A stretch of DNA of 41,370 nucleotides, from positions 1-41,370 of the IMG/VR virus record IMGVR_UViG_3300036856_000057; one strand, written 5' to 3'. The translations under genes were made by a program, and so were the position numbers. Under the pieces are notes generated by a model. It did not search any database and was not told where the DNA came from. It worked only from the letters and a program-made list of their open reading frames with translations. The DNA is from a virus. Taxonomy: Duplodnaviria > Caudoviricetes. This document shows, piece by piece, positions 34,187 to 41,370 of the stretch (the first letter of the stretch is position 1; each line of letters opens with the position of its first letter).

Positions 34187-35904
34187 CGCGCCACCATTTG
34201 CGGCAGGAATAAGAACGGGTCCGCGCGCACCTGGCCTGGCACCTGCGCGAGTTCGATTAAGCCCAGCTCGCGCAGTGCGCTCATGTGCTCTCGGTAGGCG
34301 GAGGAATTAACGCTCTGCTCGGAGGCCTCCGCGAGCTGCTCGCGTGTCACCCACTGGTTACCGCGCTTCGCGTCGGCCAGGGCCAGCATGATGCGATAGC
34401 GCGCCGGCTTGAATAGCTTCTCGAACGATGCGAGCAAATCGGCCTGGGTGAAGCGGCGGTGCGGCAGCCGGTTCGCCACTTCCCTGCCCGCCGGCGTCAA
34501 GCTGATTTCGCCCGGCATCGGATACGCGATAAAACCGGCCTGCTCCAACCGACTCACATGCTTGCGATAGTCGCTGCTGTTGGGACTGATGCGCGCGACG
34601 ACGGCCAGCCAGGTGCGCGAGAGACAGGCAAAGCCGGTGTCCTCGGCGGAGCGCAGCGCGGTCAACAGCTTGTTCTGCGCGCGTTCCTCCGGCGTCTCGC
34701 GCGCCTCTTCCGCGGCCTTCGCCTTGGTGCCGTTGCTCTGTGCCTTGATGGAATCCGCAACCGTCTTCAGATTGGCGCTAGAAGATTCGTAGTCGAACGG
34801 CCGTACCATCGACGCAAGCGATAGCGCAGTGATATCAGGTTTCACAGTGATATCACTCTGCAAGTACTTCCCTTCCTGGATCGCCTGAATACGCGCGGTG
34901 ATATCGGCCATGATGCCGCCCAGCATCTTGATAGCGAGCTGGTCCGCTTGTTCCTGCGCCGCCGCGTGGACACTCGCCAATTCAGTGCGAAGCGCCTGCA
35001 ATTCCGCGTTGCTCGCAGGCGCGCTTTCGCCGGCCAGCTTCTTGGCTTCGCCCGCCAAGTTGGAGAGCTGCGGCAGGAAAGCCTGGATCTCCGCCGGCGC
35101 CGCCGGCTGCTGGATGTCCTGAAGGTCGCCCGGCCGCAGATGCGTGGTGCGCGCCTCGATGGGACGCAGCAAGGTGCGATCCGGCGAGATCGCAATTCCC
35201 TGCCCGTAAAAGTTGTGATCGCGCAGAATTTTGATGTCGTGATAGAACGCGGCGCGCTCCTGCTTGCGCGTGGACACGCCCAGCGTCTTGGCCGCACGCT
35301 CCTGGTCGTTGGTGAGCGTGACGCGGCCCACCAGGTAGTTCTGCATTTCGCTGGCGCAATTGTTCGCGAGTTTGGAAAGCCGCTGCGTGGCCAGCACCAC
35401 AAAGATGCCGCGCTTGCGGCCGCGGGAACACAGGTTCTTCATCGCGGTGAGCGCCTCGGAGACGCCCTCGCCCTTCTCCGGTGCCCACAGGTGCGCCTCG
35501 TCCACCAGGCACGCGATAGGACTCCACAGCTCGCGCGGCGCGGACATCAGCGAATCGAGAAACAAGCGCATCCAGCGGTGCTGATCTTCCACGTCCAGGC
35601 CGGAGAGGTCGAAGATAGCGGAGCGGCGCCATTCCAGCATCTTGCGCGCCAGCACCGCGGCCGTGCCTACGGACATCGGCGCGTCGCCGTTCTCGCCAAA
35701 ATGCAGGAAAGGGAATTTCTCGCGCAGGGTGAAATACTCCCCTTCCACGTCGAAGATCCACACCGGCATGGCCGGCACCAGTTCTTCAGCCAGGCAACGG
35801 AGACGGTAGCTTTTGCCGGAGCCGGACACGCCGGTGATGAGTAGGTGGGTGCGGCGGAGAGCATCCGTATCCACTGGAAAGCTCTTGCCCATGAGGATAT
35901 TCAT
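34183..35904 (-). CDS. HerA/FtsK-superfamily (DUF87-like) ATPase with C-terminal winged-helix domains
   Basis: HLLITGVSGSGKS, FDVEGEY, LVDEAH, RGRKRG, ATQR motifs; two wHTH-like segments (LEQAGFI...LTPAG; LRELGLIE). Confidence 0.85.
   Translation of the reverse strand: MNILMGKSFPVDTDALRRTHLLITGVSGSGKSYRLRCLAEELVPAMPVWIFDVEGEYFTLREKFPFLHFGENGDAPMSVGTAAVLARKMLEWRRSAIFDLSGLDVEDQHRWMRLFLDSLMSAPRELWSPIACLVDEAHLWAPEKGEGVSEALTAMKNLCSRGRKRGIFVVLATQRLSKLANNCASEMQNYLVGRVTLTNDQERAAKTLGVSTRKQERAAFYHDIKILRDHNFYGQGIAISPDRTLLRPIEARTTHLRPGDLQDIQQPAAPAEIQAFLPQLSNLAGEAKKLAGESAPASNAELQALRTELASVHAAAQEQADQLAIKMLGGIMADITARIQAIQEGKYLQSDITVKPDITALSLASMVRPFDYESSSANLKTVADSIKAQSNGTKAKAAEEARETPEERAQNKLLTALRSAEDTGFACLSRTWLAVVARISPNSSDYRKHVSRLEQAGFIAYPMPGEISLTPAGREVANRLPHRRFTQADLLASFEKLFKPARYRIMLALADAKRGNQWVTREQLAEASEQSVNSSAYREHMSALRELGLIELAQVPGQVRADPFLFLPQMVAR
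34818..34857. promoter_or_regulatory. NTGATATC array A4 (inside the ATPase linker)
   Basis: GCGATAGC-GCA-GTGATATC ... GTGATATCACT. Confidence 0.5.
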
Positions 35905-35928
35905 GGATATGCGCGCCTCGTTTTCAGT

Positions 35929-35969
35929 TTGATATCACACTATAACTCTGATATCAGAATTATGTCACT
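35929..35969. promoter_or_regulatory. NTGATATC array A5 upstream of the ATPase operon
   Basis: TTGATATC-ACA-CTATAACT-CTGATATC-AGA-ATTATGTC. Confidence 0.65.
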
Positions 35970-36240
35970 GACGAATGAGTGACGGAGGTACTTCACGCGC
36001 GCCGATCAAAGCAGGACCGCCGGCCATGGTGGCTGCCGCGAGGCATTGAATAGCGCCCTCAAGGTTCTGCGTGGACTGCCACAGTGCGTGCATGTAGTTC
36101 TGCGCGGCGACCGCGCCAACGCCGATGGAGATTTGAATAAGCCGATGGTTGATCTTAGAAATCTTGCGGAGAACTTCCAAAATTTCCACTTCTTTCATCT
36201 CGTCGCGGAGTTGAATCAAAACCTCGTCATTCTTCTGCAT
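35965..36240 (-). CDS. Hypothetical protein
   Basis: 91 aa; GGAG RBS; first gene of the leftward arm. Confidence 0.6.
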   Translation of the reverse strand: MQKNDEVLIQLRDEMKEVEILEVLRKISKINHRLIQISIGVGAVAAQNYMHALWQSTQNLEGAIQCLAAATMAGGPALIGAREVPPSLIRQ

Positions 36241-36271
36241 AGCCGAAATCTCCAGTTAGGATGGTGCTGCC

Positions 36272-37069
36272 GTGCCTGATCGTACACAAAATGTGCTCAT
36301 TCCGTTGCCGTGCCCGTTCTGTGGCGCGGAGCCCCGCATCTTCTCGCGTTCCGGCATCTCAACCCACTTCATCGAATGCAATGAGGCAGGACACCTGGCC
36401 AGCGCCGCCGCGGAAAGCCCAGACGTTGCGCTCGCGATCTGGAACACGCGCGCGACGCCGGCGCCGCAGGCCTCGACCGACTATGACGCATGGAAACAGG
36501 CCTGGAATGACAACCGCGGTCCGCTGCCGCAGGCCACCAAGCTGACAGGGGAGCGGCTCGATAAGCTGCGCCGGCGCATCAAGGAAGGCCTCACACTCGA
36601 AGAGTTCACGCGCGCAGCGTGGGCTTGCTCGCACACGGAGTTTCTCCTGCGCGGCACACCGAAGCAGGAGTTTCATGCAACGTTCGATTGGCTCGTGAGT
36701 AACAGCGGCGTGGTCGCAAAGGTGCTCGATGGTACTTACGGGCCAACCGGAAAGAGTGAAACGGAGTTGAAGGCGGAGCAAGAGGAGAAGAAGCAGCTCG
36801 CCGCTCAGGCGACGGAGGATCTCTTGCGCCATCTGTCCAAAAAAATGCAGCAAGGTGGCGAGGTAGGGCCGGACCTGCAAACCTCGGTGTTTCTCTGGGA
36901 ATTAGAGCAGGCGCGAGCGACGGGGGAAGGGGATAAGGTCTATGCGGTCTGGGTGGATCGCATGGCCCATGGGGTGAAGCTCTCCGGTCCGGTCACCTTC
37001 CGGCTGAAGGAATGGGTTGCCTCTCGCGTGACGGAGGTAACTACAGACACAACAGCGACATCCACATAA
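36272..37069 (+). CDS. Lar-like Zn domain fused to a phage replication-initiator-like domain
   Basis: LPCPFCG...AIWNTRA (Lar-like) followed by KLTGER...FHATFDWLVSN...KVLDGTY (replisome organiser C-terminal-like). Confidence 0.6.
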   Translation: MPDRTQNVLIPLPCPFCGAEPRIFSRSGISTHFIECNEAGHLASAAAESPDVALAIWNTRATPAPQASTDYDAWKQAWNDNRGPLPQATKLTGERLDKLRRRIKEGLTLEEFTRAAWACSHTEFLLRGTPKQEFHATFDWLVSNSGVVAKVLDGTYGPTGKSETELKAEQEEKKQLAAQATEDLLRHLSKKMQQGGEVGPDLQTSVFLWELEQARATGEGDKVYAVWVDRMAHGVKLSGPVTFRLKEWVASRVTEVTTDTTATST

Positions 37070-37073
37070 TCAG

Positions 37074-37103
37074 GTGATATCGTTTTACTATCAGAGTGAT
37101 ATA
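37074..37103. promoter_or_regulatory. NTGATATC array A6
   Basis: GTGATATC-GTT-TTACTATC-AGA-GTGATATA, intergenic. Confidence 0.65.
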
Positions 37104-37127
37104 TAAGGCTGCTGGGGAAAAACTTAG

Positions 37128-38036
37128 ATGGGCGACCGTTCCCGTATCGAAAGCGTGGATGCGAGCTGGAACCCTACCTATGGGTGTTCGGCCGTAAGTA
37201 GTGGATGCCGCAACTGTTATGCCCGGCGTATCGCAGCCAAGTCAGCGAAGCCGGGACAAGTGTACTACGGCGTGGCGAAGTATAGCCCTTTGGGTGCGCC
37301 GCGCTGGACCGGCCGCCTGGTTCACGCTACTGCTGACAAAGCCTGGGAGCCGCTCCGCTGGCAGGACGGCCGCATGATCGCGGTGGATACGATGTCGGAC
37401 CTCTTCCACGAGCGCATCCCGGATGCCTGGCGTGATGAGTCCTATGGCGTGATGGCGTTGTGCCCACAGCACACGTTCCAGGTGTCAACCAAGCGGCCGC
37501 AGGTGATGGAGCGGTATTTCTCCGCGCCGGGGATCTGGAGCCGAATCGAGGCAGAAGCGCGGCGCATTTACCAGGAACGTCACGGCAAACACTACCCCAG
37601 CGACGGACACTTGCAGGGTCCGTTGCCGAACGTGTGGCATGGCGTCTCCGTCGAGTCTCAGCCCGCGGCCAACTTCCGGGTGCCTGTGCTGCTGAGAGTG
37701 CCTTCTGCGCGCCATTACGTGGCCGCAGAGCCCCTCTTGGCACCAGTCCGGCTGTCTCACTGGCTTGGCGCCGCCGGCGTGAGCTGGGTGCTTGTCTCCG
37801 GCGAGGGAGGACCGGAGGCCAGGCCTTGTGATGTGAATTGGATTGGCTCGCTGATAGAGCAGGGGAAAACTGCCGGCGTGCCGATCTTCGTTAAGCAGCT
37901 CGGGACTGCAACAAACGTCTACGGGGCCACGCACGAAACCGGACATTCCCCTGACGACACACGGACCCGCCGGGCCTCGGATATGGATGAGTGGCCGGAA
38001 GCAATCCGCGTGCGGGAGATGCCGGATGCCGCGTAA
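37128..38036 (+). CDS. DUF5131 (phage Gp37/Gp68-like) protein
   Basis: SWNPTYGCSAVSSGCRNCYA, MSDLFHE, TKRP, GVSVE, EPLL, IFVKQLG. Confidence 0.9.
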   Translation: MGDRSRIESVDASWNPTYGCSAVSSGCRNCYARRIAAKSAKPGQVYYGVAKYSPLGAPRWTGRLVHATADKAWEPLRWQDGRMIAVDTMSDLFHERIPDAWRDESYGVMALCPQHTFQVSTKRPQVMERYFSAPGIWSRIEAEARRIYQERHGKHYPSDGHLQGPLPNVWHGVSVESQPAANFRVPVLLRVPSARHYVAAEPLLAPVRLSHWLGAAGVSWVLVSGEGGPEARPCDVNWIGSLIEQGKTAGVPIFVKQLGTATNVYGATHETGHSPDDTRTRRASDMDEWPEAIRVREMPDAA

Positions 38037-38063
38037 ACACTTTTTCCGTTCAGAGGGAGCACG

Positions 38064-38720
38064 ATGATCGTTTTGGTGGGAGGCGTAAAAGGCGGCGCCG
38101 GCAAGTCTACCGTCGCGACGAATCTAGCGATAATGCGTAGTAAAGCGGGTTTCGATGTGTTGCTAGTGGATGCAGATGAGCAAGAAACTTCAAAAGACTT
38201 TACCAATCTGCGGACGGAAGAACTAAAAAGCAATGGCGGTGCGGGGTATACCTGCGTAGCTCTCTCCGGCCAGCTTGTCAGAACGCAAGTCCTGCGCCTC
38301 GCCAACAAGTATGACGACATCATCATCGACGTGGGCGGCCGCGACACCACCAGCCAGCGCGCGGCTCTGGTGATCGCGGATATGGTCCTGGTGCCGTTCG
38401 TGCCGCGGTCGTTCGATGTCTGGACTCTTGAAGTGGTGGCGGGCATCATAGCCGAAGTGCGGACGGTCAATTCCAAACTCAAGGCGGTGTGCTTTCTCAA
38501 CCGCGCCGATCCGCGCGGCCAGGACAATGCCGAGACGGCGGAGTTGCTCAGCGAAAACAAAGGGCTGGAGTTCATTCAGGTGGCGCTGGGATCACGCAAG
38601 GCTTTCGCCAATGCGTCCGCGCGCGGCCTGGCCGTGGTGGAGCTGAAGCCGGGCGACCCCAAGGCCATCGAAGAGATTGAGGCCTTGTATAACTACGTAT
38701 TTCGTCCAGCAAAGCGCTGA
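38064..38720 (+). CDS. parA: ParA/ParF partition ATPase (short, type Ib-like)
   Basis: KGGAGKST deviant Walker A, VDADEQ, IIIDVGG; no N-terminal HTH. Confidence 0.92.
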   Translation: MIVLVGGVKGGAGKSTVATNLAIMRSKAGFDVLLVDADEQETSKDFTNLRTEELKSNGGAGYTCVALSGQLVRTQVLRLANKYDDIIIDVGGRDTTSQRAALVIADMVLVPFVPRSFDVWTLEVVAGIIAEVRTVNSKLKAVCFLNRADPRGQDNAETAELLSENKGLEFIQVALGSRKAFANASARGLAVVELKPGDPKAIEEIEALYNYVFRPAKR

Positions 38721-38780
38721 TATCGAGCGGCGCTGAACTTAAGTGATATCAGAGTTATAGTATGATATCACTGTGATATT
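38717..38780. promoter_or_regulatory. NTGATATC array A7 between parA and tnpB
   Basis: Cores at 38717, 38743, 38762 and 38773, plus a GTTATAG half-site. Confidence 0.65.
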
Positions 38781-38785
38781 GGAGG

Positions 38786-39937
38786 GTGGGGGTGCTGCGG
38801 ACGTACACGATGAGGCTAAAGACGACCAGCAAGCAGCGCCAGCGGCTAGAATCGTTGATGGTAGAACTGTGCGACCTCTACAACGCGGCATTACAGGAAA
38901 GACGCGACGCATGGAAGGTCCAGCGCAAGAAGATCAGCCTCTTTGACCAGCAGCGGGAGTTGACACAGTTAAGGGCATCATGTCCTGTTTCAGTCTCGTT
39001 TCCTGCGGTCATCCAGCGCGACCCGCTCCGCCGCGTAGATCGAGCGTTCAAAGCGTTCTTTCGCAGAGTGAAGGCGGGTGAGCATCCGGGCTATCCGCGA
39101 TTCAAGTCCGTTCACAGGTACGACTCGTTCTCGGTCGAGGGTGGCCGATTCAAGATTTCAGATGGCAGCCTGAGTATCGTGCGGATAGGCAGCTTTCGGA
39201 CGAAGACGCGCTGCAAGTTGCGGGGCGAGCCCAGAGAACTACGCATCAAGCGGTGTGGTCAGAAATGGCGAGCGCAGGTAGTTTGCGAGATCGGCCCAGC
39301 TCCGGAAAAGGTGCCTGTAGCTAGCGCAGTCGGCATAGATGTAGGTCTTTCGTCACTCGCAACTCTCAGCGATGGTACGGAGATCCGAAATCCTAGATGG
39401 GGTCGCGCCGCAGGGGATGAGTTGGCCAAAGCCAACCAATCCTTGGCTCGCAAGATGCGGGGCAGCAGGAACCGCTCTAAGGCCCGCGAGCGCCTGCGCA
39501 GGACGTATCAGCGTATCGTCGGCAGGCGGTCTACGTATCTCACTGCGGTGGCAAAATCGCTTGTCCGCGATTACGACCTCATCGCATATGAGGATTTAAA
39601 GATTCGTCAGATGGTCAGGTCGAATCTGGCAAAGAGCATTCTCGACGCCGCATGGAAGCAGTTGATCGGAAGACTTCATTGTGAAGCAGAATATGCTGGC
39701 AAATGGATGATCCCGGTCGATCCTCGCGGCACCACTCAGCAGTGCTATGGATGTAAAAGGCGCGTCCCGAAGACCATCGCGCACCGCATCCACGAGTGCC
39801 CACACTGCGGCTTATGTATAGGCCGAGACCATAACGCAGCACTGAACGTTTTAGAGCGCGGTGTGCGCTCTGTCGCGCTTGCGGCAAGAGGATGTGACTC
39901 GTCCGGCACCTATAACTTCGATATTAGAGTGATATAA
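38786..39937 (+). CDS. tnpB: TnpB RNA-guided endonuclease (IS200/IS605 family); no TnpA
   Basis: LYNAALQERR, GYPRFK, RuvC-I GIDVG, RuvC-II YEDL, Zn finger CYGC/CPHC, RuvC-III RDHNAALN. Confidence 0.93.
   Translation: MGVLRTYTMRLKTTSKQRQRLESLMVELCDLYNAALQERRDAWKVQRKKISLFDQQRELTQLRASCPVSVSFPAVIQRDPLRRVDRAFKAFFRRVKAGEHPGYPRFKSVHRYDSFSVEGGRFKISDGSLSIVRIGSFRTKTRCKLRGEPRELRIKRCGQKWRAQVVCEIGPAPEKVPVASAVGIDVGLSSLATLSDGTEIRNPRWGRAAGDELAKANQSLARKMRGSRNRSKARERLRRTYQRIVGRRSTYLTAVAKSLVRDYDLIAYEDLKIRQMVRSNLAKSILDAAWKQLIGRLHCEAEYAGKWMIPVDPRGTTQQCYGCKRRVPKTIAHRIHECPHCGLCIGRDHNAALNVLERGVRSVALAARGCDSSGTYNFDIRVI
39853..39930 (+). ncRNA. Possible 3' part of the TnpB omega-RNA scaffold and guide
   Basis: Three consecutive hairpins with G-U pairs on the sense strand at the tnpB 3' end, where omega-RNAs normally lie; boundaries not determined. 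Confidence 0.35.
39910..39937. promoter_or_regulatory. NTGATATC-like array A8 overlapping the last tnpB codons
   Basis: CTATAACT-TCGATATT-AGA-GTGATATA. Confidence 0.55.
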
Positions 39938-39962
39938 ACCTTCTAAACAAAGGGAAAGCTAC

Positions 39963-40241
39963 ATGCCGATTACTCGCCGCCCCAACCCCAATGGCTCCGC
40001 TTCAGCGAAAGATGTAAATGCAGTGATCGCGCGCGGCGGAAGTCCCTCGCGCTCCGCGAACGGGGTAAAGGGTCCTGGGCCGGTGGGCGGCGGCCCTTTC
40101 GCCGCTGTGATGCTGCGCATACCGGAAAACAATCTGAGCGTAGTGGACCGCCTGGTAGACCGCCGCGCACCGCGCATCTCGCGCAACCTGTGGATTCTCG
40201 AAGCCATCCATGAGAAGATCCTGCGCGAGTCAAAGCAGTAG
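39963..40241 (+). CDS. ParG-like ribbon-helix-helix centromere-binding protein (putative)
   Basis: Flexible N-terminal tail (MPITRRP...VNAVIARGG) and C-terminal RHH pattern AVMLRIPENNLSVVDRLV...SRNLWILEAIHEKI; next to parA. Confidence 0.72.
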   Translation: MPITRRPNPNGSASAKDVNAVIARGGSPSRSANGVKGPGPVGGGPFAAVMLRIPENNLSVVDRLVDRRAPRISRNLWILEAIHEKILRESKQ

Positions 40242-40245
40242 CACA

Positions 40246-40264
40246 GTGATATCACTATGAAATC
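40246..40264. promoter_or_regulatory. NTGATATC array A9
   Basis: GTGATATC-ACT-ATGAAATC directly after the RHH stop. Confidence 0.55.
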
Positions 40265-40589
40265 CTGGACTGAAGAGGAATTGCTCGCCGAGATCGAGCG
40301 GGCGGGAATGACTAGGCAGGATGCGCAGCTCCGGTTTGCCGCAGTGGTAGGAATGCCGGCGAAAGACTTTGGCACCGTCGAGAACGCGGATACGATCATC
40401 GGCGGCGCCTGGCCCACACCGATGCGCGGCGCGCGGCGCCACCAGTGCGAAACCTGCAACCGGCATGTATCGCTCGCGCCATCGTCTCAGGCGGCGATTG
40501 CGCAGCGGCCGCGGCACGTCGTCTGCATGGCCTGTGCCATGAGCGGCAAGGCAGAGGAGTTGGAGACGAAAGGGAAGCCAGATGCCTGA
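40257..40589 (+). CDS. Hypothetical Zn-finger protein
   Basis: CETC...CMAC. Confidence 0.55.
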   Translation: MKSWTEEELLAEIERAGMTRQDAQLRFAAVVGMPAKDFGTVENADTIIGGAWPTPMRGARRHQCETCNRHVSLAPSSQAAIAQRPRHVVCMACAMSGKAEELETKGKPDA

Positions 40590-40899
40590 TGTTTTAGTGA
40601 GCGGTATTGTTGCAGCGCGGAACAACGAGCCTTATGTCCAGCTCACCAAGGACGGCCAGGTGGTCCTGCAAGTGACCATGAGCGAAGCGCGCAAGATCGC
40701 GGCGGACATCCTGCTCGCGGCCTCTCGCGCGGAGGCGGATGCGATGATTATCCGATTCTTCGCGGACCGGGAACTGCCAGCGCAAGCGGCCGCGGCGCTG
40801 TTGATAGACTTTCGCAGCTTTCGCCTCGGGCTGGATCTCGACGTACCGCAGGGGAGTTACTCGCCGCCGGATGACAATGCGCCTGGGCCGCCGGCGTGA
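40582..40899 (+). CDS. Hypothetical protein
   Basis: 105 aa; AAGGGA RBS. Confidence 0.6.
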   Translation: MPDVLVSGIVAARNNEPYVQLTKDGQVVLQVTMSEARKIAADILLAASRAEADAMIIRFFADRELPAQAAAALLIDFRSFRLGLDLDVPQGSYSPPDDNAPGPPA

Positions 40900-41126
40900 C
40901 GATCCGCTATCGCATCAATGAAGCGCCGGAGTGTCCTGGCGGGCGTTCTATAACGTGCCTGGTGTGCGGTAAGACGAGCTGCAATCCCAACGATGTGGAT
41001 CAACTATGGTGCGGGAACTGTAGCCGCTTCCTGCGCGATGCTGGAGATAAGGATTCCGTGTATGAGTCGAGTGACAAGGTAGACGCGGCGATGCGTCGCG
41101 CCGTGGATGATGAGGGCCTGTTTTGA
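40896..41126 (+). CDS. Small Zn-finger hypothetical protein
   Basis: SITCLVCGKTSCNPNDVDQLWCGNC; GTGA coupling. Confidence 0.6.
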   Translation: MTIRYRINEAPECPGGRSITCLVCGKTSCNPNDVDQLWCGNCSRFLRDAGDKDSVYESSDKVDAAMRRAVDDEGLF

Positions 41127-41152
41127 GCGTGGTGGCCGCGTGAAAGATGCAG

Positions 41153-41178
41153 CGGACAAAAACGGACAAAAACGGACA
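41153..41178 (+). repeat. 10-bp tandem repeat CGGACAAAAA x2.6
   Basis: Read directly from the sequence. Confidence 0.8.
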
Positions 41179-41239
41179 CGCGAAAATAGGAAACAGAGAG
41201 AGTTACAAATAGAGAATATGTAACAGTGCTCGTGACGAC

Positions 41240-41271
41240 TGTATATCACTCTGATACTAAAGTGATATCAT
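41240..41271. promoter_or_regulatory. NTGATATC array A10 next to the terminal palindrome
   Basis: TGTATATC-ACT-CTGATACT-AAA-GTGATATC. Confidence 0.6.
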
Positions 41272-41286
41272 TCTCGCCACCCCCCT

Positions 41287-41370
41287 CTTTTCCCTTGACA
41301 CAGAGAGAATCTCTATATAGAAAGACATATGTCTTTATATATAGAGATTCTCTCTGTGTCAAGGGAAAAG
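41287..41370. repeat. 84-bp palindrome (42-bp arms, one mismatch G41320/A41337, no loop) ending at the window edge
   Basis: CTTTTCCCTTGACACAGAGAGAATCTCTATATA(G)AAAGACAT|ATGTCTTT(A)TATATAGAGATTCTCTCTGTGTCAAGGGAAAAG. Confidence 0.95.

Noticed and set aside
7-36200. Many long plus-strand ORFs in the track (e.g. 16195-17424, 27519-28619, 8891-9955)
   Set aside because: Antisense shadows of well-supported minus-strand genes in GC-rich DNA; R/A/G-rich with no motifs
38717-39937. TGATATC repeats around tnpB as a CRISPR array (Cas12f-like)
   Set aside because: Units are 8-11 bp with no unique spacers and recur at other gene boundaries, which fits operators

Overview
A GC-rich, near-complete tailed dsDNA phage genome with podovirus-like gene order and features of a phage-plasmid. 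The minus strand (about 36.2 kb to 1) carries a HerA/FtsK-like ATPase, RusA, a Dam-like MTase, many small genes, TerL, portal, a ~4.7 kb accessory block, scaffold, major capsid, tail adaptor and nozzle, a GNAT-like protein, ejection proteins, three tailspike-like proteins and a lysis cassette. The plus strand (36.3-41.1 kb) carries a Lar-like/replication-initiator fusion, DUF5131, ParA, TnpB and an RHH ParG-like protein. I recognised no integrase, CI-like repressor, protelomerase, TerS or spanin. Main oddities: (1) three tandem tailspike-like paralogs, each with a Sec-type signal peptide and a shared 4-Cys N-terminal domain; (2) an ~860-nt non-coding island packed with stems inside the head module; (3) TerL with Met at the apparent first catalytic Asp of the nuclease domain; (4) an 84-bp near-perfect palindrome at the right end; (5) ten dispersed NTGATATC arrays, mostly 11-bp periodic; (6) a TnpB with no visible IS ends, between parA and its RHH partner and flanked by those arrays. 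All calls come from motifs read by eye and from synteny; no searches were run.
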